A DNA stretch of 62,081 bases, filler included, from Collodictyon triciliatum (lineage: Eukaryota): assembly GCA_043381765.1 (NCBI GenBank). It is 4 parts of 4 records of this genome, joined end to end, with 100 filler letters (N's around TTAATTAATTAA, not from the genome) between each part and the next. Parts side by side here need not be neighbours in the genome. Positions count along the whole stretch, not along the records: positions 1 to 17,344 come from JBHJMP010001459.1; 3 more parts are not named here. One strand, given 5' to 3'. A program made the position numbers and the translations under genes. This document shows positions 1-10,532 of this stretch, one piece after another (position 1 is the stretch's first letter; each line of letters opens with the position of its first letter). The notes beneath the pieces are model-generated. The model was given only the letters and a program-made list of their open reading frames with translations. It was not told the origin of the DNA and ran no database searches.

Positions 1-103
1 CATATCATATCATATCATATCATATCATATCATATCATATCATATCATATCATATCATATCATATCATATCATATCATATCATATCATATCATATCATAT
101 CAT
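1..103. repeat. (CATAT)n microsatellite, intronic
   Basis: Perfect pentanucleotide tandem array. Confidence 0.97.
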
Positions 104-140
104 GTACAAAGGTTTTGATCTTAATATAATACAATAAAAC

Positions 141-782
141 CTCTGGTAATGCGGGATTGCTACTATCAAGGCGAGTGCTACAACCACTGCTAGGTCTGGA
201 AGAGGGTCGGGAAGCAAGCGCCGGTTTGGTGGAAGCAGCATAGGTAAGTGCGATCTGGTCTCTTCAGGCCGATGTGCACATATAGGTGTGTTTGTTTGCT
301 TTGATACGTTGAATATATCTGCAGACGACGCAAGAATGAAGCACGAGAATCACGAATCGGTCTGAAGAGACCCAGACTCAAGGGACTATGAAAAAAAAAA
401 AACGAAAGGCTATGAAGAAAAAAAAACCTCTTTCCAGGAACAAATCCCTTGTAGCCAGGCATGTAATGAGGTTCGCTGCCCACAAGCTTTTCAAACGAAG
501 GTTCCTCTAACGATGATGCTCATTCAATCGACCCATATTATTCTTGATATTCAGTCATATTTTCTCTTTTATCTTGTTTATTTGCCTTTTTTATGTTTTT
601 TTTTACGTTTTTCCTATGCTTCGGCTTGCAAACATGTAGTACACGTATATACTCTACTCCTGCACAACAGGAGCACCATTCCCATAAAAAAAAAAAAAAG
701 TAGGCCCAATAAAGTGTGAAAGACCTGCTCTGCGGAGTGGCTTTCGTTCGTGAGTGCGTGCGCTTTGCCCCTTGGAAGACAT
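141..782 (-). CDS. FAM166/CIMIP2-like ciliary microtubule inner protein, 5' part; gene continues off the left edge
   Basis: Hand-spliced exons ~782-725, ~506-429 and ~263-141 (GT-AG introns) give MSSKGQSARTHERKPLRRAEEPSFEKLVGSEPHYMPGYKGFVPGKRDQIALTYAAST. The H-x-PGY-x-GFVP...TY motif is typical of FAM166/CIMIP2. Confidence 0.55.
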
Positions 783-2036
783 GTCGATCCTGCGCTAATC
801 TGCTGAAGGAAAACAACGGCTTTGAGTCGGCGCAAAAGTCACAACCCGAAGTAAAAAAAAAAAAAGGAGTCTGCCATGACGCAATCAAAAGAAAGAGAAG
901 CGTCCCTGCGCTCCATGGCGGCAAGGGAAAAGACTTTTGCCTTGACAGAATGCGTTGTGCGGGTTTTCATGATAAGGCAACAAAAGCTTCGATGCTTGAG
1001 GATAGAGCCAGAGTCACAATGTCACTTTGTATCGCTCTTATCTTTTTCTTCCTTTTTTTTCTTCTTCTTTTTTTTTGGGGCGCCAATGATACAAAGGAAT
1101 GCCACGAAAAGCCGCGGCAGGAACAAGAGCAGGAATGAAAAGGAAGTGAGGGCAAAAGAGGCAGACACTTTGTTTTATCTCTTCCTGCGCTTTTGTTTAC
1201 ACTTCCCTTTTAATTCTCTTTATTTCTCTTGGTTTGCCTCTCTTCTCACTTTCCAAAGAAAACAAAAGGGACTGCACAATCATGGAAGACAAACATGAAA
1301 GGAAAAAGACATTGGCTGCCCAAAATAAATTGGCGATTGTTCCACAACAGTGCATGACAAACGCATTGTGCAGCTCCAGAACTGCGTTTATGATTGCCGT
1401 TACGGCTGGTTCTAGAATGTGTCCTGGAGAACCTATAACTATGGGTCAATGTCGCCAGTCCATTTGTGGATTTGGCGATTTTAAGTTAAAGGGGCGGACG
1501 GAGCTACCACTTGAATCTCGAAACGTGGCCGCGATTCTCTACCTCTGTGTTCGTTTGTTTTCGTGATTTTATTTCCAACGCATCCAAGCAGCTCAGTCGG
1601 CGGCAGAGAGGTGGCCCAAGCCAGAAGCGCACCAGAAATGCACCAGAGGCACCGGGCAGCAAAAGAACAGAAGACTCAGACGAGGTGCAAAGAGAGGCAG
1701 AATGGAGTAGGAGAGGAGGGAACGAAGGCAGAGTCGCCCATCTCTAGCGGCGTGTTCGAGTGGTTATCGCCTCCGTCTTCCACAATCCTCTCTCCACCTG
1801 CGTGGAGAAAGAGAGAGAAAGAGAGGTTTCGGATTCTCCCTGCACTTCCCATTCATACAAACAGTCATGCAGAGAAACTATCCAGAGGGAAAGAAAAGAA
1901 GCAAAAGGGCGCAGCAGGCCCAAGGGAATGCGTTGGCTCTCCATGACTTTTTCTCACTTGCAAGCGGACAGCGTGGCGCGCTCAGGGCGGAGAAGGAGAA
2001 GGAGAGAGAATCCAGGCCCGAGCCAAATGGAGCCGC

Positions 2037-3284
2037 CTAGCCGTCTGTGGAGACGCCCGAGAGCACGCGCGCAACCTTCTTGACACGGCCTCCATACTGA
2101 AGCAGAAGCGGAGTGGTGACCGAACGGTCGGCAAAGCCCAAGGCGGTGAGCTTCACATACGCCTTCTCCGGAATATCGGCCTCCTGCAAGACGCTTTCTC
2201 CTTTCTTCCTGGTGTGGCGGCGATTTCCGTGATGACGGTGGTGACGACCATGATGGTGGTGATGGTGATGATGGCTGCCGTCTTTTTTAGCTGGTTCCCG
2301 ATCTGACGACTCTGATGACGACGATGACGACGATGTTGCGCCTTCCTTAGCCAGTCCCTTGAGCGCCTGAATCTCAGCAATTCTTGCCAGCAGGACGTCA
2401 ATGTCCCCGTCAGCAACCAGGAAAATATGCTTGTAGCGGTGGCGCATGGAAATACTTCGCGTTTCCAGCAACCTGGCGAGTGAGGCGAACTCAAGACGCG
2501 GCGGGCGGTTCGGGCTGTGAGAGGGGCCAAAGCCGATACCTGTGGTAGAGTCGACTAGCGGCCAGACTGAGTTGGAGTTTTCCATCGACTCTGCATTCTG
2601 GAGTGTCGAGTCGACACAGATGAGAACCCAGCACTTGATGCGGGTCTTTCTGCTTTTCGGGTCGACCAGATGGAAGATGGCCAAGTAGGCGCCGTCTGTG
2701 TCGGGCGCTGTAAAATCCACAGCAACGGTGACTGCGTCACCTGCAGCAAGCGGCTCGCGACTCAGCGGGATAGAGCGCGGAAGCCCAAGTTGTGCGCTGC
2801 GGAAGCCTTTGACCAGACTCAGTGCGTATCCTGCAGGCAACTCTGTCTGCGATTGGTTTGTCACTGTCCACGTCTTGCGCAGGCTCGCCCGCGGCTTCAC
2901 TCGTGTACCATCGGCAAGGCTGCTCGAGGCGATTGAACAAAAGGCAGCCGGACGACGATGGAGATGACGTTGACGATGTTGGTGTTGATGTTGCTGCTGT
3001 TGTTGACTGGCGGGCTCGTCAGGGAAAGGGCGGGCAACCATGCGCACAATCATACCTGATTTGGAGGCTGCGAGCTCGATGGCCAGCTGGTACTCAGCCT
3101 CGGTGCTGAGGCGAATGAGCTCGTCCTCATCGTCGTAGTAGAAGAGTGCGTAGCTTGCAGCAGAGGAGCTGAGCAGCTCATTCACGCGCTCGACTAGACG
3201 CTCGTAGGTTGCTGGGAGCTCCATTCGGCGCAGCTCGTTGGAAGGAAGCAGCTGGATTTTGAGATGCATCTTGGTCGCGGCCAT
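2037..3284 (-). CDS. NBR1/p62-like selective autophagy receptor (PB1, FW/NBR1 Ig-like domain, UBA), intronless, 415 aa
   Basis: N-terminal PB1 with acidic OPCA motif (LFYYDDEDELIRLSTEAE); FW domain (DGTRVKPRASLRKTWTVTN...APDTDGAYLAIFHL); C-terminal UBA (LTALGFADRSVTTPLLLQYGGRVKKV). Confidence 0.8.
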   Translation of the reverse strand: MAATKMHLKIQLLPSNELRRMELPATYERLVERVNELLSSSAASYALFYYDDEDELIRLSTEAEYQLAIELAASKSGMIVRMVARPFPDEPASQQQQQHQHQHRQRHLHRRPAAFCSIASSSLADGTRVKPRASLRKTWTVTNQSQTELPAGYALSLVKGFRSAQLGLPRSIPLSREPLAAGDAVTVAVDFTAPDTDGAYLAIFHLVDPKSRKTRIKCWVLICVDSTLQNAESMENSNSVWPLVDSTTGIGFGPSHSPNRPPRLEFASLARLLETRSISMRHRYKHIFLVADGDIDVLLARIAEIQALKGLAKEGATSSSSSSSESSDREPAKKDGSHHHHHHHHGRHHRHHGNRRHTRKKGESVLQEADIPEKAYVKLTALGFADRSVTTPLLLQYGGRVKKVARVLSGVSTDG

Positions 3285-4080
3285 GGTGTTCCTTGTGTTT
3301 TCTTCTTCCTTTCTTCTCTAGCTTGTGTTTGCCTTTGGCTGGCTGGGTTGCTTGTGCTTGGTGGGGTTTGGCGTGGGCAGAGACAATAACGGCAGACTCG
3401 ACAGTCGACAGCGAAGGCACAGGCGATGTCTCCAAACGGCTTTGCGGGTGTGGAAAGCGACTCTGGGACAAACGGGGTGTGCTTTGCTCCGTGTGGATCG
3501 GGAGTGTGCAGTGATGGTCTGGCGGCGCGGCGATGCTTTGTGTGGCGAGCTGTGTGCTTGGATGTAGTAGATGACATGTGAGTTGGGGAGAAAATAAGGA
3601 GGAGATGAGAAGTAGGAGGGGTATATATACGTTTGGCAGGGCTTTGGAAGAACACGCGCTGGATTTTATATTGTTGGACACGTCATTCGCATGGCCGGAC
3701 ATGGCGTTCTGAGATGGTGAGATGAATTTGGGATAAGAATGGGTTTGGAGTTTTGCTTCGTCTAATACACAACCATACGCGATAGCATGTAATGCATCAA
3801 TTTGAAATATTATAATATCAATTGTAAATTTATTAAGACACTAATGCTTATTTACATATAAATTCCATATTTGTATATGATATGGTACTTGCAATTCCCT
3901 TTACGCTTCCCGTTTCGGCTGTTTGTTTTGTGCTGTTTGATCGAGTTTAAAGGCAAACGGATCGAATCGAAGCTATTCTGCTTGAATCTGTCAGGCGAAG
4001 AAGGATCAATATGAATGAAGACATAAGCAGCGTCTGCCTGGAGAAGTCCGAGCTCGGTGCCACAGAGACAGTAGATGCTG

Positions 4081-4980
4081 GGAAAAAGGAGAGAAAATAG
4101 GAAAGAAAAAAGGAAAAAAAGAAAGGAAAAAAAGAAAGGAAAAAAAGAAAGGAAAAAAAGAAAGGAAAAAAAGAAAGGAAAAAAAGAAAGGAAAAAAAGA
4201 AAGGAAAAAGAAAGGAAAAAGGAAAGAGAATAAAAGGAGAGGAAAAAAGGAAAGAAAAAAAGGAAAGAAAAAAGGAGAGAAAAAGCTTTGGGGCTATGTC
4301 TGGTGGAGAAAACCTTTTTTTTTTTACACAAGATACTGCATGTCCCTGGCCATATTTAACTTGCGCCCCCAGGAAGCGCTTTTGCGGATCTTGCTCATTT
4401 CTGAAACTCATATGCACATAATCACTTTTGTTTTCTCTCTTTTTTCTCTCTTTTTTCTCTCTTTTCTTTTTCTTCTCTTTTCTCTCTTTTATCTTTCTTC
4501 TCTTTTCTCTCTTTTATCTTTCTTCTCTTGTCTCTCTCTTTTCTTTCTCTTTTCTTTCTCTTTTCTCTCCTCTTTTTTCTCATTTATTTTCTTCTTTCTT
4601 TTCCTTTCTTTTCTTTTTCTTCTCTTTTCTTTTTCTTCTCTTTTCTTTTTCTTCTCTTTTCTCTCTCTTTTCTTTCTCTTTTCTCTCCTCTTTTTCTCAT
4701 TTATTTTCTTCTTTCTTTTCCTTTCTTTTCCTTTCTTTTCCTTTCTTTTTCTCTTTTTTCTCTTTTTTTCTCTTTTTTTCTCTTTTTTTTCTCTCTTTTT
4801 TCTCTTTTTTCTCTTTTTTCTCTTTTTTCTCTTTTTTTTCTCTTCTCTTCTCTTCTCTTTCTTCTCTTTCTTCTCTTTCTTCTCTTTCTTCTCTTTCTTC
4901 TCTTTCTTCTCTTTCTTCTCTTTCCTCTTTCCTCTTTCCTCTTTCCTCTTTCCTCTTTCCTCTTTTCTCTTTTCTCTTTC
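4081..4980. repeat. Purine-rich (GAAAAAAAGAAAG-like) tract at ~4081-4285 and a ~550-nt pyrimidine tract at ~4425-4980, probably in the first PLC intron
   Basis: Low-complexity tandem units; the pyrimidine tract ends at acceptor ATCATAG (4987). Confidence 0.9.
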
Positions 4981-4995
4981 ATCATAGTTGACGTT

Positions 4996-6414
4996 ATGGA
5001 TGCGCAACTGCCCGACCTTCAGATCTTCTTCCGCGGAACTAACATTACCAAGCTTTCCCACAAAGGGAAGCCCAAGGTAGAGAAGCTTCGCCATCGTTTT
5101 TCGTCTTCTTTCCCTTTTTAATTTTAATTTTGTACTTGCACTTAAAAATCATCGACTTGATAAATTAAAACAGAGAAGAATGTTCAATGTTTCCGCGGAT
5201 TCGCAATTTCTCACTTGGAAGTCGCAGCGAAAGAGACCCGAACAATCACGCAGTCTGTATATTCTTTTCCTTTTCTCTTCTTTTTTTCTTTCGCGTGAAA
5301 AATCATTTTCTTGCAATTATGTAACTTAGGATAGATAATAATAAAGTGAAAGAGATATGACGATTCACAATATAATTTTATTATTTTTTTTACTTTGAAA
5401 GGAATAAAAGAAGAATTATTATGTTAAAATCGTTCTTCAAACGAGGCAGTTGTGCTCAAGGAAATCGAGGCGATTCGCCCGGGCCAAACAACGCCGCTCT
5501 TTGGAGTATTCAAGAAGCCAGAGTTGGCTCCGTGCTCCATGTCCATTGTGTCGAAACAAGCTAATCTCGACCTTATCTTTTCGACGCAAGAGGAGATGGA
5601 AACATGGTACAAGGGACTCGTCGGACTCATGATTGTGGCTCAAGGACACATCACAAACACCCAAGTTCTTGACGAAGAGCTCATGTATTTTTTTTTTAAT
5701 ATTATCACCGCATGATTTTTTTTTTCATGTTTGGTGTACGAAGTCTATTCAAGAAACATGAATGGATGACTATTTTTATTTTATTTTATTTATTTAGATA
5801 TCTACTCATTTTCAATTCCTTATACTCAGGTTTGCTACACAAGAATGGCAACGATGCCAAAAGTCTTCAAATAATACAGTTACTTTCCAGGAGCTCTGTC
5901 AGGTTTTCAAGAAGATCAATATAGATTCTCCAACAAGCAAGATAAAGGAGCTATTTAACGTAAGTTTTTGTTTTGTGAAGATATTCTCGTAGTGTTGCTT
6001 TATCATAAATATGTTTTCAACCAATTTTTCAAATGACATTATATCTTAGAGGCAATAACCATTATGCTATCAAGATATATCATTTACCAAAATCCACAAT
6101 TAATCTGTTTTATTTCATCAATTTTTTTCGTATACATTTTTAATAATATTATTAATGGTGGTAATTATAAACTTCCCTAATAATAGGAAGCTGATAAAAA
6201 CCGCGACAATACCCTACAGTTCGGTGAGTTTTTGCATATTTTTGATCAACTACGAGTTCAAAAGTTTGTTCGTGAACTCTTTGCAGAGAAGTTTGGGGGA
6301 GCCGACAAGAGTGTAATTAGCTTCGACCAAATGCTCACCTTTCTCTCCCAGACTCAATTTGTAAGAATCCAGCTCAACATAAGCATTAAGTATTTGAAAA
6401 CAAAATTAATGTCT

Positions 6415-6488
<74 letters not shown>

Positions 6489-9400
6489 TATATTCTAAAG
6501 CTTCTCAATAAATTTGTTATCGATTTGCTTTACTGAGCCGGGTTTTCATAATTTTTATAAGAAAGAAAAGAAGAAATTAGATTCTTACAATTTATTGAAA
6601 TAGGAAAAATGGCAAAGGGAAAGTCTCATTCAGAGGATGTCTGCCTATAAGTGCACCGCTGAAAAGGGAATACCAGTCGTCGCTTTTTCATCTTTCTTGT
6701 TTTCAGCTGAAAATGGACTCATGAATCCTGGACATAAGGTTACTTATGTTCTTTTGACTTATCTAAATTTTTTTCTGGGTATGAGTCCTAATTTTTTTTA
6801 ATAAAATTTAGTGTCATTAAGTACATTTTGCTTCTTTCGGAAATAATAACATGTTTTATGTGATTATTGGTTAATTCTCCGTGTTGTAGATTGAAGTAAA
6901 ACCACATTTGTAGGTTGTCTATCAAGACATGCACCGGCCATTGACCCATTACTTTATCAATTCATCTCACAACACATATCTGGAAGGAGACCAGCTGAAA
7001 GGAAACTCAAACGTCAAGATGTATCAGAAATCTTTAGAGTTGGGTTGTCGTTGCGTTGAATGTTAGTATCGCATATATATTGAATCATTTACTTATTGTG
7101 TCCATTTCTTTTTCGTCTTTGTGTCAGCACTTGAAAATATAATTTTTGATGAAAATTCTCTCATGCACTCACAAATTTCCTCGTCTCATACTTCCAATCT
7201 ATATTTTCCTTTTTGTACACATTAACAAAAATACTTTCGAGGTTATCCTTTTTTTATTTAAAAAAAAATTAAATTAAATTAAATTTGATGAGTAAGTACG
7301 TGAATTATCAACAAATAGTGGACTGCTGGGACGGACCAAATGAACCAATAATCTACCATGGCCATACTCTGACATCCAAGATTTCCTTTCGTGATGTTAT
7401 CATGACATGCAAGGAATACGCTTTTGTTACATCCGAGTTTGTCCGCCTCCAATTCATGAACGACCGCATTTCTTCTTTTCTTTTTACCCTTTCTCTATGT
7501 TTTATGTTTTGGTTTCTTCTTTTCATGAAACTGAAAGGTACATCATTCTAAACAGATATCCTGTCATCCTGTCTCTCGAGAATCACTGCAGCCACGACTT
7601 CCAAATTCAAATGGCGCACATTATGCGTGAAATTCTTGGGGGTGAGAAAACTGAATTGTCTTATCAGAGAGAATAATTCATAATCAATACCCCTGTGCCA
7701 TCTTTCATATGTGTCTTTAGGATTTAATATTGTTTTACCCTTGATGTAGATTTACTCGCCGTGTCATATGTTGGTCAACAAATTGACGCATATCCATCAC
7801 CCGAATCGCTCAAGGGCAAGTTTTTGGTTAAGGTACACATGACTTACTTTCTCAGAAATGATATCAGTCGCTCAATAGAGCTGCAGGCCCCATGATTTTC
7901 ATGAAATCCCTCTACATTAACGCGTGGATTGTTTAGGGCGCTACCTTACCCATGTCTCAAATTCTTCAATCTGCCGCGCCAGTTGAAGAAGACTCTGGTG
8001 AAGAGTCTGACGAGGAAGACGATGATGACGGGGGTCAAGGAGATGCTGGTAAAGGTCAAGCAAAAGCTCAATCAAAAGGAAAAGGAAAAGCGAAAACTCC
8101 TAAACCAAAGGTAAAATTGAACATCCTTTTTCTTTTCTTTTCTTTTATCATATTTTGACCGTGAGCCAACTCTGCAATTGGTTTGAAATATGAATAAGGA
8201 GTAAGTAAGTCTCAGCGCGGATTTATCTACGTCGTATAATGCAAATATAATAGGTGGCTAAAGAACTCTCTGATTTGGTAAACCTCAAGAATACGCATTT
8301 TGTTAACTTTGAAACATCAGCTGGTAAGATTTCACATCAAAATGGTGTCTCTTTTAAAAATACCATGATAAAATCAAAAACAGGGAAGATATGGAGATGT
8401 ATACGATATGATTAACATGATAACGTTACCAACACACGCATACCATCTATTTCTTTCCCTGGAATATGATTTGACAGTTCCTTCACATTGTTATCAATTT
8501 ATAATCAGCTCGTTTTCGCTGTTATCATGCTTTTGCTCATGCTTTTGAATCAAATAAAGGAAAAAAATGCTTTTGCTCACGCTTTTACTTATTTTTTTTC
8601 TCTCTAATTGTTCTGTTCTAACTTTGCCAAATATCAGAAAAAGGACGTCCATATGAAATGTCTTCCTTTGCAGAGGGCAAAACAGAGGCTCTCTGTCAAT
8701 CGCAAGGGAAGAAATTCATTCAATACAATCGTAGACAATTATCTCGCATATATCCGAAAGGTATTCGTGTGGATTCCTCGAATTACAATCCGAATCTCGC
8801 ATGGAGTTGCGGATGCCAAATTGTCGCTCTTAACTATCAGGTTTCTGTAATCTCATGTTAAAAAAAGAATAAAGAATGATTGACTGGTACCTAGTATGAA
8901 GCTAACTAATCCTTTTTTTCTTTTTCTTTTCGGATAGATTCTTCACATTTCTGATTTTCCTTACTTTTTCATCTCTTTGGATAATGCACAAATAGTTACT
9001 TCACTCTGGACTAACTAACTATCTTGATAGACCCCTGCACTACCGATGTTTATGAATCTGGGAAAATTCAGAGACAACGGAGAATCTGGCTATCTACTAA
9101 AGCCTCAATACATGCTTGAAGGAACTCACTACGACCCCGCTGCTCGCCCATCATCTGCTGTCGATTATCAAATCAAGGTCAACATGTTTTTCTACGCTGC
9201 TAAAAATTCCTTTTTTAAAACAAACAAAACAAACAATACAAACAAAGCAACACAAAACAAAATGAAACATAATAAATGGCAACTCTAAAGAGAGTCGTAA
9301 CATACCATTCGGGTTTACTTTGACAATGATTGACGTAATGATTGAAGAAAAGAAAAGAAAAATGCCGCAAGAGGTAACCATCGGTCCATTCCATTCAAAC

Positions 9401-10212
9401 CCTGTCTTTTTGTATAACAGCTTATCTCTGGGACAAAGATTCCAAAACCCGATAACAGTCATAAGGGGGAGGTAATAGACCCCTACGTGATTATCAGCAT
9501 ATATGGCCACCCAACTGATGAGTGGAGCTTCACTTCAAAAGTTATCAATATCCTTACCAAACTTACCATCCGTATCTATTTCCCGTAAAATAAAGTAATA
9601 AAATATATATAAGAACAGCCATTCATCTAATTTGTCTTAACAAGCGAACATAACAATGGCTTTGACCCTGCATGGGGAGAGACAACCTCGTTTCGTGTGT
9701 CCTATCCCGACCAAGCTGTTCTTGTCTTTGAAGTCTATGACCATGATGTTGGTTCCAAAGATGACTTTATCGCCTACTACTCACTTCCCTTGACCAGCGC
9801 CAGAGTTGGGTAATTAAACGCTCATTTTCTCAGAGTATTACCTCTGTTACATTTGTTTGTTTGTTTGTTTGTTTGTTTGTTTGTTTGTTTGTTTGTTTGT
9901 TTGTTTGTTTGTTTGTTTGTTTGTTTGTTTGTTTGTTTGTTTGTTTGTTTTTCAGTGGTATTTCGGTTGTATTCTTGTTTCATAAAGTCACTCAGCCCGC
10001 AGATACACTGAACCATGCGCACCTTTTGAAGAATAACTTGTTGCAATTTTTCTTCTGTTGTCTATCAAAATCATGTCTTTTTTACTTAAAAATTATAATA
10101 AAATAAAACTAGACTCCGTTCAGTGCCGCTGCTGGATAAGCAACACACACCCATCACATTCGCGGGCCTCATGTGTCAGTTCTCCATTCTCAGTGCACAG
10201 CCATCAGCCTAA
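4996..10212 (+). CDS. PLC: Phosphoinositide phospholipase C, delta-like (PH, EF-hand, X, Y, C2), multi-exon; possible extra first exon from ATG 4011
   Basis: Spliced motifs: PH ([10 protein letters not shown]), EF ([14 protein letters not shown]), X box ([58 protein letters not shown]), Y box ([28 protein letters not shown]), C2 ([21 protein letters not shown]); stop TAA 10210-10212. Confidence 0.96.
9548..9649 (+). other. U12-type (minor spliceosome) AT-AC intron in the PLC C2 domain
   Basis: 5' end ATATCCTT, branch-like TGTCTTAAC at 9633-9641, terminal AC. Removal restores [12 protein letters not shown]; retention hits an in-frame TAA. Confidence 0.88.
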
Positions 10213-10532
10213 AAAATGAAAGTTCCCCGAACAATGCACCGTCCTTGATGAGTTTTCCACCTCGCTGTCGCAGAAGATACGAAGACGAAAAGCGAAAAAA
10301 ACAAGTATAAACTCACAACGCCTGGGTGTCGATCTGAACACAAAGGGGACGCTGTCAAGTGATAATTATGATATGCCATCGATACAAAAGTTCGAGCGAG
10401 GAGCATGTCAATCTAACACAATATTCATTTGACAAACAATGACACGTACACAAAGGCGAAAGAAAAATAGGGAATGTGGTGAAACCTGGTTTATACATTA
10501 AGATTATCCGACTTGGCTTAATGTTAGCCCTC

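Noticed and set aside
3852-5121. Long F/L/S-rich and K/R/E-rich ORFs (also at 23933, 33617, 42840, 52580 and similar)
   Set aside because: Translations of simple repeats in introns or intergenic DNA, not proteins
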